Source of the DNA: Octopus vulgaris
Taxonomy: Eukaryota
Reading direction: 5' to 3'
DNA length: 64,000 nt
NCBI GenBank assembly: GCA_951406725.2
Contig: OX597817.1
Coordinates: 171,802,001 to 171,866,000, forward strand
A program made the translations under genes and the position numbers. This document shows positions 1 to 11,838 of this stretch, piece after piece (the first letter of the stretch is position 1; each line of letters starts with the position of its first letter). Below the pieces are notes generated by a model, which was not told where the DNA came from, ran no database searches, and saw nothing but the letters and a program-made list of their open reading frames with translations.

Positions 1-517
1 TAATCCTGATAAAGGCTTTGGAGATATTTATGTATTAAAGGGACACTAATCACAAAACTGGCCTTATGATCATAAGCGCACACACGTACACAGTGAGTTC
101 TGCTCCATTTGCATCAATTCAGCATCACTAGGGATTGGCTACTTTACTTCTATGATCAATACAGAGCAAACGAAGAGCAAGAGTATTGATTATAATTGAT
201 TAATTTAAAGGGACAGTTCTTAGGTTTGTTTATTTTGTTTTTTGCCATTAAGATGTTTGTAAAATCTTTCCCTGGATAAGTCTATCTGGTAAACTAATTT
301 TGATATTTACATGAACTGAAGTTTCTGTAATTAAGTATATAGCCTCAAAAAATGCAAAATGTAAGGTGGGCTTGAATTTAAAAGCTATGATTACTAATCA
401 GAAACTAGATATAGTAGAATAGCCTACTGATGTCAACACCTACAGCTGAACTCCTAGACTTATATTCTTTCTTTTATTTGGAAAGGGGAATATTTCCTGA
501 AATATTATAGGATCATT

Positions 518-886
518 AAATAATGTGCCCTTTTAAAGCCTAGCCAGGCTCATGGGCCCGGTTTCCCGGTTTCTATGGCGTATGTTTCCCAGTTTCTATG
601 GCCTGGTCCAGGAATCGAAACCACAATCTTACGATCATGACGCTGACACACTAACCACTAAGCCATGTGCCTCCACAAAATAAATGTGCCCTTTTAAAGC
701 CTATCCAGGCTCATGGGCCTGGTTTCCTGGTTTCTATGGCATATGTGTTCCCCAGCTGGACAGGATGCCAGTCTATTGCAGCGTTACTCATTTTTGCCAG
801 CTGAGTGGACAGGAGCAACGTGAAATGAAGTGTTTTGCTCAAGAACACAATGTGTCGCCCGGTCCAGGAATCGAAACCACAATTTT
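518..886 (-). mobile_element. Two adjacent tRNA-derived SINE copies (family C2), one internally deleted and one 5'-truncated
   Basis: Minus strand matches the plus-strand copy at 37786-38048: head GTGGAGGCACATGGCTTAGTGGTTAG (A box), GGTTTCGATTCC (B box), tail GGGCCCATGAGCCTGG...AAAAGGGCACATT. Confidence 0.8.
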
Positions 887-1579
887 AAACTGGAGTAAAC
901 ATAAAACGGACACACACAAAACATGCACATTTAAATATACACACACATACACATGGATTCTCCACAGTTTTCTTCAACCAAACATCATTCTCATGATATT
1001 GACTGCTTTAATTTTGTAATTAAAACACTTCCAACACAAATAACAATAACAACACCAACGATAACAAAAATGGCAAGAGTAATAATTACAATGGATTAAT
1101 TCTGATTTATGTGTGAATGATTACGACAGACTCTTCATGACAAGTAAAATGTATGGACACTTATTTTTGTCCTCACGTTAGAGTCAAGCGGTAGCAAGAA
1201 ACATCCAGACATCTTTTTGCTTGGATAAGAGTATCACGGCTGTTGTAGATTTGAACCTGGTACTGTATGTTAAGTTCCCATCCCACCCCATCCCCTACCC
1301 TCCTTTTGTACCCTCATGAACTTACCTGCCCGCTAACCCTGTCTAGACTTTTGTTCCACTTCACTTACATAAATACACCTTTATGTAACCTTTATGAAGG
1401 TTGCCTCAACATGTCTTCACCGCATTCTCTCTTTCCTTCCTCTTTCTTTTTCCAACTGGGGTAGAAACGTATCTCTTGAACTGCAAGACATCTGTTTCTG
1501 CCCCTCTACCACACTCTAACCTCTCATCATCTGGCATAAAGCCACCTCCCTCAATACTACTCTCCTCTCACTCAAAGGG

Positions 1580-1820
1580 GCTTGTCTTACAAGTTACTTG
1601 GTGAACTCATGGATGATGCTGTCACATAAAAATAATAATAAAAACCTCCATTCTACTCTGTAAAGTGTTTGGCATTAGGAAGGGCATCCAACTGTAGAAA
1701 CCATGTCAAAGTAAACAGTAGAACTTGGTGCATTCTTCTGGCTTGCCAGCTCCTGTTAAATTGTCCAACCCATACCAGCATGGAAAGCAGACAATAAGGG
1801 ATGAAAATGATGGAGATGAG
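1580..1820 (+). mobile_element. Family D SINE-like/retroposon 3' segment with (GAT)n tail, diverged
   Basis: TTGGCATTAGGAAGGGCATCCA...TCCAACCCATACCAGCATGGAAA; the motif recurs more than 10 times in the window. Confidence 0.7.
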
Positions 1821-2723
1821 TGTACTTGCTGCCTATGGTAATGATAATGAGGTCCACTTGACAATGTTGAGTATTTACAGTTTGGTGAACTGCACCGTTT
1901 ACAGTGAATCTTTTTACATGAAGTGATGTGATTCAAAAATCACAAATACCTTGCTCAGCCAACTCACATCCTAAAAGTTTCGGTTAGCAGTGGCAGTAGC
2001 AGAGGAAGCAGCAGCTTTTGACAAACGCAGTAAATGCAAGTACATATATCCATTGGCTTATTTCAAACCAAATAATTCCGTGATCAATAAAACATACTAA
2101 ATTTAAACTCTAAACTATTCATCACAAATAGCTAAAATAGAAATTGTCTTTGTTCTGGTTTTCCCTTTTAAAAATCAAAGATAGCAAGTGTCTAACATTG
2201 GAAAGTTGCTTTATTCTAAACTGACAGCTAAGGTAGAACCATATGCTTTGATATTATATACAATCCTCAACAGATCTAATGAATTCCGTTTGTAATGTCA
2301 AACTAAATCCTTCCTGTCAATTTATATACTCAACAATGGTTATTTTACAGCTACTTTACTGGGTTAGCTATATCCTGATTGGTCAGACTCTTTCTTCTAT
2401 TCTTCTTGCTCAATAGCTCTGCTCTGTTTAATCACATACTTAATTAAGAATTGCAGCAGACCTAACGTAATTAATTGCAAAACAAAAGTGATTGAATGTA
2501 GGCAAAAATAGTTTTGGGAAAATTGTTTGCCAGCATGCTGCACTTTATCCCTTTTTGCAGTATAACTTTGGCCAGCACTGGGAGTGGATTTCGTACATGG
2601 AACTGAAAGCCAGTCATATATATATACAATATACAAGTGTGTGTGTGTGTATTATGATTTCACTTAAGCATAATGATACTGATAACCATTTGTTAGAACT
2701 CAATAAACATCTGCTTTAGCATT

Positions 2724-3038
2724 GAGGACATCGTGAAGCAGCTCATTGGGTGAGCTGATTCGTGATGTCCTCATCCCACCTCCACCTCCCAGCTGGCGCA
2801 AACGCATGGGCAGGCAGCTGAAGACCTGGGCAAAGATGATAAAGGAGGACCTCTCCGAACTCTCAGGTCCACAGGTAGTCGGTCTGCGCAGATGGAACCG
2901 CGAATGCCTCGCTATCTCCAGTGACCTCGCACAGGACTGTCGAGTATGGGCTGCCATGGTTCGTGATGCCGTTAGGACCAGAGAAGAAGCCGGCTCAACC
3001 CACCCTGGGTGAACGCCGTCACAAGTACAAGTAAGTAG
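2724..3038 (+). mobile_element. 5'-truncated RTE-clade LINE (ORF C-terminus plus 3' tail)
   Basis: Translation WRKRMGRQLKTWAKMIKEDL...DLAQDCRVWAAMVRDAV resembles RTE C-termini. Ends in ACAAGTACAAGTAAGTA. 12-bp TSD TGCTTTAGCATT at 2712-2723 and 3039-3050. Confidence 0.85.
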
Positions 3039-3161
3039 TGCTTTAGCATTTGGTGAGTACAGAGTGTAATATTGGTTTCAAATTGTGGCACAAGGCCAGC
3101 AAGCTTGAAGAAGAGGAATCAGTTGATTATATTGTCTGCAGTACTCTGTTGACACTATACG

Positions 3162-3220
3162 TCATAGGATTCCTTGCACGGATTTTAGGTGTTCCTTCTA
3201 GCGTGCAAGGAATCCTATGA
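3162..3220. repeat. Perfect 19-bp inverted repeat with 21-nt loop
   Basis: TCATAGGATTCCTTGCACG (3162-3180) and CGTGCAAGGAATCCTATGA (3202-3220). Confidence 0.9.
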
Positions 3221-3288
3221 TGGATACCTCCTATGTGTTTAAATGTACACTGTATTTATATATATATATATATATATATATAAATATA

Positions 3289-3802
3289 CTAGCAGTATCG
3301 CCCGGCGTTGCTCAGGTTTGTAAGGGAAATAACTATATAAGCATTTTTAGAGAGTTACTTTCCTTATAGATGCCAATTTGGGCTTTCTTAGCCATTTCTG
3401 TTTTGGTGTCTTCAAGCCATGAAGTCGTTGTTCTAAAAGAACGCTGGTCTCCTTGACAACGCTTTACGACGTTGATTTCCTTACACTCCCTTCCCCACAG
3501 CTTCACGAGGGAGGGAAGAAGGAGGAGAAGCAAACAGGTGCAGGTGTGAGCGTGGACGCCAACTCCGCCGCCATCGACACACGAAAAATTATGCATTAAA
3601 ATGGAATAAAAAATGATGTTAAATTATTTTTAAAATCGTAGACTCATCGTAGACGCGCGCTAATAGCCAGACGGGCTCGATATGAATCACGACTATAAGA
3701 TATCCCGAATTTGGTTAAACTGCACCGCAAAATGTGGGAGTAGTTAGGAATCTAAATCGAAGGGGACAGACACTCACACAACTAGAGTTTTATATATATA
3801 GA
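3289..3802 (-). mobile_element. Non-autonomous Helitron
   Basis: Minus strand starts 5'-TC (3802), ends CTAG-3' (3289), has a subterminal GC hairpin (plus CCCGGCGTTGCTCAGG), lies between A and T with no TSD. Shares termini with 30757-31153. Confidence 0.8.
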
Positions 3803-4922
3803 TATATATGAAGCCCATCCATGGATTTACATTATAGAATTGTGATGGACCATAACTTGGGACCCTACCAAAAGATTACTTGGAATTCTTCACTAATATA
3901 AGTAATATTGTGAGCCTGGTGTGACAACAGAGAGCTTATGAAGTATTTTGCCCAAATTGATAATCCCTCACTATTCGTTTTATATATATATATCTTACAA
4001 TTTCAGCTGCATGCTTCATATCTCAGCTGAAAAGAATGATGGAGACCTATAGTAAAATACACTGTAACCTAAGAATAGTTGTTCTATGATGTAATCTGAT
4101 AATGTAAGAGAAAAAGAAAAAAGGAAAATCCCCAAAGCAAAATCCAGAGAACCAAAATATTCTGTTATAAAGAGAACCAACCATATTTTGACTATATTTG
4201 GCCTTCAATATCATCTAAAGCCAGTTAGCTGTCTAGAATGGTTCAAGGCACTAATAACATAAACAACAAACTACCAAAAATACCAGGTGTTTAAAGGGGG
4301 TGCCAAAGGAAGGCCAGACCATTATTTTTAATTTTCTTTTATAGCCTGAATCATATTTTTTTTTTCCAGTGTCTGTATTCCTGAAAGTAATAGTTGTAAT
4401 GGACAAACTGTGTGCTGCATAAGGGTGGGGGAATGTACTCGTTTGGCATAGACTGGTAGAGGTGAACGAATATAGGGAGTGGTAAGTGAAAACTTCTTGT
4501 AGTGATGGGTGGTGGTGGTGGTGGTGGTGGTGGTGGTGGTGATGATGTTGGTGGCGGTGGTAGAACGTATGGCGGGGAATGGTAGATTTCCTATGATTTC
4601 ATACTTGTAGTATTCTCCTACCTGAATTTCAGCTTAATTGAGGTGTTATTAACTCAAAGGTAAATACAGTTTTATTGCAGAATGACTAAAGATTTCAAGT
4701 CCCTTTCACCCTCAACCTCACACACACACAAACACACACACACACACACACAAACACACACAATTACCTCTTCCTCTGCCGAAAGAAACAATTATACAAT
4801 TATTCAATTAGGGGTTCTGAATTAGTCTGAAAAATCATAAGTATTCGCATCACACACGCACACACACACACATAGATATATTATATACATATAATATATA
4901 TATGTGCGTGTGTATATATATG

Positions 4923-4971
<49 letters not shown>

Positions 4972-5464
4972 CTGGATGTATACACATACATACACACATA
5001 CATAAACAGACATATTTTTGGCTTGAAAGAGTCTGACTTGCATCAGTCATTTCCTGGTTATAACATTTCACCTTCTTATATCTTATAGATAGTTGGTGGT
5101 GGTGGTGGTGGTGGTGGTAGTGGTGGTGATGATGGTAGTAGTAACGAAGGAGATAGCACCAGTGCTGTTGCTGGCAGAAGATGAGGTGGTATTAGGGAGT
5201 AATGACAGAAATAAACGTGGAAATGGTTTATTGAGGAAATGATGGGAATGCTTAGAGAATGCTGTTGATGACTTTAAATGATTTCAGCCGAGACCCATTA
5301 AAGCTGACCTTATGACGCCGGACACGGTTGACTGACCGTTAGGTATTGACCTACAAGTGGTTCAGTACGACGTATACTCGATTTCAAACTTGCTTTCGAC
5401 ATTCATGCACATTGGCAGCAGCATCCTCACCACTATCACCATCATCATTTTCATATTTTCATCA

Positions 5465-5640
5465 TCACCATTTAACATCAAGCTTTCGATGCTGGTAAGG
5501 GTTGGACAATTTGACAGAATCTGATGAATTAGGGGATTGTGTCATTGCCCCAGTGCCTGCTTCAGATTGGTTTCTACAGCTAAAAGTTCTTTCTAACACC
5601 AAGTACTTTACAGAGTGTACAGGGTGCCTTCTTCATTAAA
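5465..5640 (-). mobile_element. Family D copy, diverged
   Basis: (CAT)n-TTAACATC...GGGTTGGAC...TTTCTACAGCT is the reverse complement of the family D tail. Confidence 0.55.
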
Positions 5641-6299
5641 ACCAGAACAAGTGAGGATCACATCATAACATGCAAGGCCTATAACCGAGGGAGAATAGAG
5701 GAAAGAGTGGGTGAGGATTCAAGTTGGAGGGGAAAGGATAGTAAGAAAAGAGAGTGAGGGAGTATGGCAGGAAATAGTGAAGAGAGAAAGGATTAGAGGC
5801 AGGGGTTAATGAGAAAAAGAGAGTTCCCAAATTGTCATTGTCGTTAAACCTCTAGTAAACTCTACCTCAATCACACCAAATTTTTACAGTAGTCACCTAC
5901 TCTCCCCTCTCCTCTACTATTCCTATATATTATCCCTGAACATTTGTTCTCATAAAATTTACTCCCTCATCTATTTTCTATCTATAGCCATCCCTCACTC
6001 TCCCATACATTCTTGAAACCTCTACCTACCCCTTATTTCCAGTTCTCCAGTCTCCATTCACTGCTACTCACCATATTTTGAGGGTCCACTCTGACAACTT
6101 ATCACAACTATTTCTATCTCTTTCCAGCTCCATCCAACCACTCCTACCCTCTCTTCTGTAATATGAGTCACCATGTAACCCTGTTACAGCAGGGAATCTG
6201 TTCTGGACCCTTGTCTCTCACTTTAAACCACCTTATCTTACAACATAGTGCCACTTCCCTCTCTATTGTAGCTTCACTCTGTCGAAGAGATCTCTTAAA

Positions 6300-6484
6300 C
6301 TTGCAGGCTGCATAGTGACCTCTTATGTGCTGGTGCCACGAAGAAAACCATCAAATACACACTGTTAAGAGATTGGTATGAGGAAGGGCATCCAACCATA
6401 GAAATCATGCCACAACATTGGACATCTTAGAACTCGCTAGATCCAGTCAAACTGTCCAGCCCATGCCAGCATGTAATATGGACA
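6300..6484 (+). mobile_element. Family D copy
   Basis: GTGCTGGTGCCACG...AGGAAGGGCATCCA...TCCAGCCCATGCCAGCATG. Confidence 0.65.
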
Positions 6485-6488
6485 TTAA

Positions 6489-6708
6489 TCCTTTAATATT
6501 CAGATTTCTTTGTCAAATGAAATTCTCAATTATTCGTATTGTTTTGAATTAACCACGTATTATCTAGTAGCTTCAAGACGTCAAAAGTGTGTTTGTATAT
6601 TTTTAGAATGACATTGCAGGATAAGTGTGAGAGGCTGGATCTGACCAGTCCGAACATAAAACAGGTAGAATATTTGGGCCAGATGTGGTCAGTTTAAATG
6701 CTAAAAGG
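6489..6708 (-). mobile_element. piggyBac-like MITE (family E)
   Basis: Flanked by TTAA (6485-6488, 6709-6712), degenerate CCCTTTAGCATT-type TIRs; reverse-complement homologue of 20416-20640. Confidence 0.7.
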
Positions 6709-6860
6709 TTAAATAATGATAATGCTGCTGATTGTTGTTGTTGTTGTTGTTGTTGTTGTTAAGCAACAAGACGGGTAAGGGTGATTAGGTGATGGTCTAG
6801 GGCTTAGGGGCAGGAGACCCCAGACCTTGGAAAAAGAAACTTTTGTCGTCTTGTTGTAAT

Positions 6861-7139
6861 CTAGGGCTCTTCGTTGACGCCCGACACCACTGGGAGGTGG
6901 ACCTCGAAGTCACTAGAAATGGAGATCTCCAGGTCCAAATTCTTGGACTGCTGCTGCTGCTGATGACAACACCAGTGACGATGATGATGATGACGATGAT
7001 GATGATGACAGTGGTGGTGGTGGTGGTACTGAGTTGAACTCAGTCCAAACAATAAACAAGAATCCTTTCTGGATATGAACTCACGCCGACTGGTTTGGTA
7101 CTTAGTCAAATGCTCTATCTCTTTAAACAGACTCTTATT
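6861..7139 (-). other. Unique GC-richer segment with weak exon-like/coding potential (His/Gln-rich frame)
   Basis: Frame is open from an AG at 7140-7141 to a stop at 6861 (NKSLFKEIEHLTKYQTSRREF...HHHH...QQQQQSKNLDLEISISSDFEVHLPVVSGVNEEP*), with an internal GTGAGT donor-like site near 7084. No recognisable family. Confidence 0.2.
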
Positions 7140-7359
7140 CTATAATATTGGATCATTGAAGGGAATTTCTTTTCCTTTTCCTTTTTTTACTTTTTAACAC
7201 ATCTAGCAAATGCCACACTCTTCTTCTTCTTCTTAGGCACAATTATCTTCTTGCACTCAATTTCTCCTTGTTTTCTTCTTCTTGTTTCTTGTCTATTCCT
7301 TCTCTCCTTTACTCCCTCCCAACCCATCCTACCCACATGTGCAAACACTCACGCACATT

Positions 7360-7400
<41 letters not shown>

Positions 7401-7631
7401 ATGCATGTGTGTATATACACAAACCGACCCTCTATTTTGAAGGCAATTTACTTGCTTAGCTGCTGGAGTTCAAAGTAATTGGATGTAACTGAAAGAAAAC
7501 TTTATAGTCTGGAATTCCATGTGTGTGAGTGTCTGTTTGTATGAATGTGTTTATACACACACATACATATGCATAAAGAAATGCATAAGCACTATATATA
7601 TATATATATACATATGTATACATACGTATGA

Positions 7632-7679
<48 letters not shown>

Positions 7680-7717
7680 CTATGTATGTAAATCTCTCTC
7701 TCTCTCTACATATATAT

Positions 7718-7748
<31 letters not shown>

Positions 7749-8442
7749 CATACATATGCATATGTATACATATGTATATAGATACATAGATAATATACAT
7801 ATAATATATGCATGTGTGTGTGTATATGGCTATGTCTGTGTACATATGTATATACAGGTGCAAGCATGGATGTGAGTTTAGAAAGTTTACTTCACAAACA
7901 TGTGGTTCCATCTCACCATGTGGCACCTTGGGCAGTATTTTAGCTACTAAAAATTTGGACCGACTAATTAGTGAAAACTGTACAGAAAGCCAAGATGTGT
8001 GTGTGTATGTGTGTCCATGTCCGTCCCCTGGTGATGCTGACACTTTATATTAAAACATGCCCAGCCATTGCACATTTCATCATATACACGTTATTTGGAA
8101 ACAAGTGAGGGTTGTTGACAGGAAGAGCATCCAGCAAAAGAAAACTGCTTCAGCACAGTCTCTCTACACTATACCAGCATGGAAAAGCAAGTACAAAAAC
8201 CATTGTGTTTATGTCAGCTTTTCCTTTGCTGGCATGAGTTAGACAAGATTTGTTGTGGTAGTTTTCTATGGCTGGATGCTCTTCCTGGCCCCAACACTTG
8301 TTTCCAAATAAGATATTCATTTCCCTGTGATTTTACATGATGACCCATACAACTGCCAGGCATATTTTAAACTTCTAGATAGTGTTCCACTTGATCATTT
8401 CTCAGACAATTGTGATAAAACTCAATATATATATATATATAT

Positions 8443-8686
8443 CACATAAAAGCACCATCCGATCGTGGCCGTCTGCCAGCTCTGTCTGGCACCTGTGCGG
8501 GTGGCACGTAAAAAGTACCCACTACACTCATGGAGTGGTTGGCGTTAGGAAGGGCATCCAGCCGTAGAAACACTGCCAGATCAGACTGGGCCTGATGCAG
8601 CCTTCTGGCTTCACAGACCCCAGGTGAACCGTCCAACCCATGCTAGCATGGAAAGCGGACGCTAAATGATGATGATGATGATGATG
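8443..8686 (+). mobile_element. Family D copy, young, (GAT)n tail
   Basis: GGAGTGGTTGGCGTTAGGAAGGGCATCCAGCCGTAGAAAC...CCGTCCAACCCATGCTAGCATGGAAAGCGGACG-(GAT)n. Confidence 0.85.
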
Positions 8687-8882
8687 TTAATTATAAGGCC
8701 TGCCTTCTAGAAATAAGAGTTAAAACTTTCATTTAAGCCACCAATAATAACACGGAAAATAACGACAGAGACAACAGTTGTCGGGTCACGTACCATTGTT
8801 GTTGTTATCAACTATTTATGTTACTCTTGATAACAATAACAATAATAATATCTATATAAATATTGACTCCAGAATATTTGCT

Positions 8883-8932
<50 letters not shown>

Positions 8933-8935
<3 letters not shown>

Positions 8936-9238
8936 GGTCCCGGGTTGAGTCGGGGTTAACCACAGTAAATAAGGTACTCAATACATATAGAGTAAATTAA
9001 TTTATTTTATAGAAGGAGCTTCTACAGGACTAGAACTGTTTCATTCAAATGAAATCATCAGGAAGCTTGGTGTCAAGAATAGTTTTGGCATTTATACATT
9101 TAGGCAGATTTAAAGGGGTGGTGGGGGACTTTTGGGGGTAGGCATGGCGCAAACTGTCTTTCTTAGGGGAGTGGTCAAAAAGAATCAGTGATAAAGTAGA
9201 TAAATGAATAAATAGAATAATAGAATAGAAGACTATCG

Positions 9239-9240
<2 letters not shown>
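8933..9240 (-). mobile_element. Penelope-like element terminal (pLTR) fragment inserted in (TA)n
   Basis: About 300-bp insert between two (TA)n runs; contains a hammerhead fold followed by AATAAA on the minus strand. Confidence 0.6.
9017..9067 (-). ncRNA. Type-I hammerhead ribozyme motif (C3-G8 core)
   Basis: Minus: AGCUUC-CUGAUGA-UUUCAUUUGAAU-GAAA-CAG(uucuaguc)CU-GUA-GAAGCU. Stem I 6 bp, stem III 4 bp, GUA triplet; stem II closes on a non-canonical U.U. Confidence 0.65.
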
Positions 9241-9282
<42 letters not shown>

Positions 9283-9400
9283 CATGCATACATGCATATA
9301 TGTATTTATATGTACATGAATACATGCAGGTGTGATGCTCTGTGTGTGCGTAGTGTTTGTGTGTGTATAAACGCATGCATATATACATATATATATATAT

Positions 9401-9626
9401 CTTTACTACCCACAAGGGGCTAAACACAGAGGGGACAAACAAGGACAGACAAACGGATTAAGTCGATAACATCGACCCCCAGTGCATAACTGGTACTTAA
9501 TTTATTGACCCCGAAAGGATGAAAGGCAAAGTCGACCTCGGCAGAATTTGAACTCAGAACGTAACAGCAGATGAAATACGGCTACGCATTTTGTCCGGCG
9601 TGCTAACGATTCTGCCAGCTCGCTGC
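9401..9626 (-). mobile_element. tRNA-derived SINE family B (central GCCTTTCATCCTTTCGGGGTC domain, MetaSINE-like)
   Basis: Nearly identical to 33140-33372 and reverse complement of 61550-61786; GAGTTCAAATT B box. Confidence 0.85.
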
Positions 9627-9745
9627 ATATATACATATATATATGTATATATATATATATATATATACATATATATGTATATACATTTGATGCCATTGTC
9701 ATCATTATAGATATAAGGAACATGCCACAAATTTCATCATCATCC

Positions 9746-9787
<42 letters not shown>

Positions 9788-10195
9788 CTAACAACATTTG
9801 CACTCTTCCAGAATCATGTGATTTTTGCGAGACCACAACCTATACCATTGTAACCACCACCACTACTACCACCATCACAACACCACCACCACCACCACCA
9901 CATCTACCACTGCCACCTTGTGTGACCAGTGTAAATTTATGTTAGATGACTATCTCTACCTTTACATAAGTGTTCATTTATTTCTCTCTCTCTCTGTCTC
10001 TCTCTCTTCTCTGTCTGACTCCCCCTCTCTCTGTCTCTCTCCCTCTCTCTCTCTCTCTCTCTCAATCTCTCTCATTCTGTGTATGACTCTTTGTCTGCCT
10101 CAGACCAGCTCTCTTTCCCGCCCTCCTTCTGGGTAGATCTCTCATCCTGTGTATGTCTCTTTGTCTCCTTTTCCTTTTCTTTCTCTGTCAGTTTG

Positions 10196-10230
<35 letters not shown>

Positions 10231-10764
10231 TTCACACAAGCATACACTTTCTCTTTTGTTCTCACTCTCTCCACATGTCTATCATTTCTCTTAGTATCTC
10301 AAACTCCCTCCTTTTTTCTCTTGTTATCTGCCCCCACCCCACCTATCTGTGCATATTTCATTTCTTATGTCACTATGTATTTCTTTCACTTCCTCTTCTC
10401 TCTCTCTCTCTTTCTTTCACTTTCAAAACCCATCTTTCATTTTCCATGTATCCCATTCTCTTCTTCTTCTTCTTCTTCTTCTTCTTCTCTCTCACACATT
10501 CTCTGTCTCCTTCTGTTTTCCCTTTTCAATTCTCCCCATGTCTCTCTCTTTTACCTTCTCAGCACTCTTCTCCTTCTAATTACTTTATGCTCCTTCTCAC
10601 TTCTTCCCTGTTACATAAATGGGTATCTGTCTGTGTATGTATGCACGTATGTGTCTGTATTAACTACATACAAATATATATATATGCATGCAAATATACA
10701 TACTATATATATGTTGTGGAACACGACCATAAGCCGTTCGATTCACTTCAACATTTAAGTTTAA

Positions 10765-10815
10765 TTTGTCAAAATATTTTCGTCGCTTTAAGACCGCGAC
10801 CTGTTCACTGACAAA
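10765..10815 (-). ncRNA. Minimal type-I hammerhead variant (G3-C8), mirror copy
   Basis: Minus: UUUGUCA-GUGAACA-G-GUCGC(ggucuuaaa)GCGAC-GAAA-AUAU-U-U-UGACAAA. Confidence 0.6.
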
Positions 10816-10845
10816 ATTCCGTGCTGCTTCTCGGATGCACGGATT

Positions 10846-10897
10846 TTTGTCAGTGAACAGGTCGCGGATTTTAGAGCGACGAAAATATTTTGACAAA
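10846..10897 (+). ncRNA. Minimal type-I hammerhead variant (G3-C8)
   Basis: Stem I TTTGTCA/TGACAAA; core GTGAACA 10853-10859; stem II GTCGC/GCGAC; GAAA 10881-10884; palindromic stem III; UUU triplet. Confidence 0.6.
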
Positions 10898-11040
10898 TTA
10901 AATTTGAAATGTTGAAGTGAATCAGTGAATCGGCTTTTGTGTGTTTCTTAAATGGCTTATAAACACCTTCCACGCTGCAATTGTTTTCGTTTCAGCACAC
11001 GATCTCAGATCAAATTACTTGCTATGCAAGTACATCTCCG

Positions 11041-11080
<40 letters not shown>

Positions 11081-11225
11081 AAGTTCAGCAAACAATTTAG
11101 ATTCCAATGAATATGGTACTTAATTTAGATGCACCAGAATTTTTTTATGGTATTACCCATAAAAATATGCGGGGTGATTATAATAAAAAATAAGCAACAA
11201 GAATGGATCCATATATATATATATA

Positions 11226-11608
11226 CAAGCAGTATCGCCCGGCGTTGCTCAGGTTTGTAAGGGAAATAACTATAAAGCATTTTTAGAGAGTTATAGCCAA
11301 AAAATAGCAAAAAAATGGAAAAAAATGATGGTAAATTTTTTTTTAGTTAAAAAAGGTGGAGTTGCGTCCCCTAGACAGTTTGCGGTTTGTGTTTCTGATT
11401 CTCGACCCCATGTCGAATTTATCGGTTTTAATCCAGAACTGGGGGAACTTTTCAAAATTTTCGCTGCGTTAGTTTTGAATTATGACATTGGGCTATGTGT
11501 GTGTCAAGTTTCATCAGAATCGGTTGAAAGCCGTGGTCAGGGTGATGGTACAACCAAACAGACACACAGACACGCAGACAGACAAACTGCCGTTTATATA
11601 GAGAGAGA
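11226..11608 (-). mobile_element. Non-autonomous Helitron, same 3' end as 3289 copy but different 5' half
   Basis: Plus CAAG(=mutated CTAG)CAGTATCGCCCGGCGTTGCTCAGG...; other end AAGTTTCATCAGAATCGG...(CAGA)n...TTTATATAGAGAGAGA|T. Confidence 0.7.
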
Positions 11609-11624
11609 TATATGTATGTGTGTG

Positions 11625-11838
11625 CATATGTTTGTGTGTCTGTGTTTATCCCCCCAACATCGCTTGACAACCGATGCTGGTGTGTTTACGTCCCCGTAAC
11701 CTAGTGGTTGGTGGCAAAAAGACACTGATAGAATAAGTACTAGGCTTACAAAGAATAAGTCCTGGAGTCAGTGTGCTCGACTAAAGGCGGTGCTCCAGCA
11801 TGGCCACAGTCAAATGACTGAAACAAGTAAAAAGAGTG
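11625..11838 (+). mobile_element. SINE family A, 3' module only
   Basis: GCTTGACAACCGATGCTGGTGTG...GCTCCAGCATGGCCACAGTCAAATGACTGAAACAAGTAAAAAGAG. Confidence 0.85.

Larger units (their letters stand above)
10712..11041. mobile_element. Fold-back (inverted pLTR-type) Penelope-like fragment between (TA)n tracts
   Basis: About 85-bp arms 10740-10824 / 10837-10923 with a 12-nt spacer; each arm carries a hammerhead-shaped motif. Confidence 0.7.

Noticed and set aside
2746-3012. 88-aa ORF as a host gene
   Set aside because: Lies within a TSD-bounded truncated RTE LINE.
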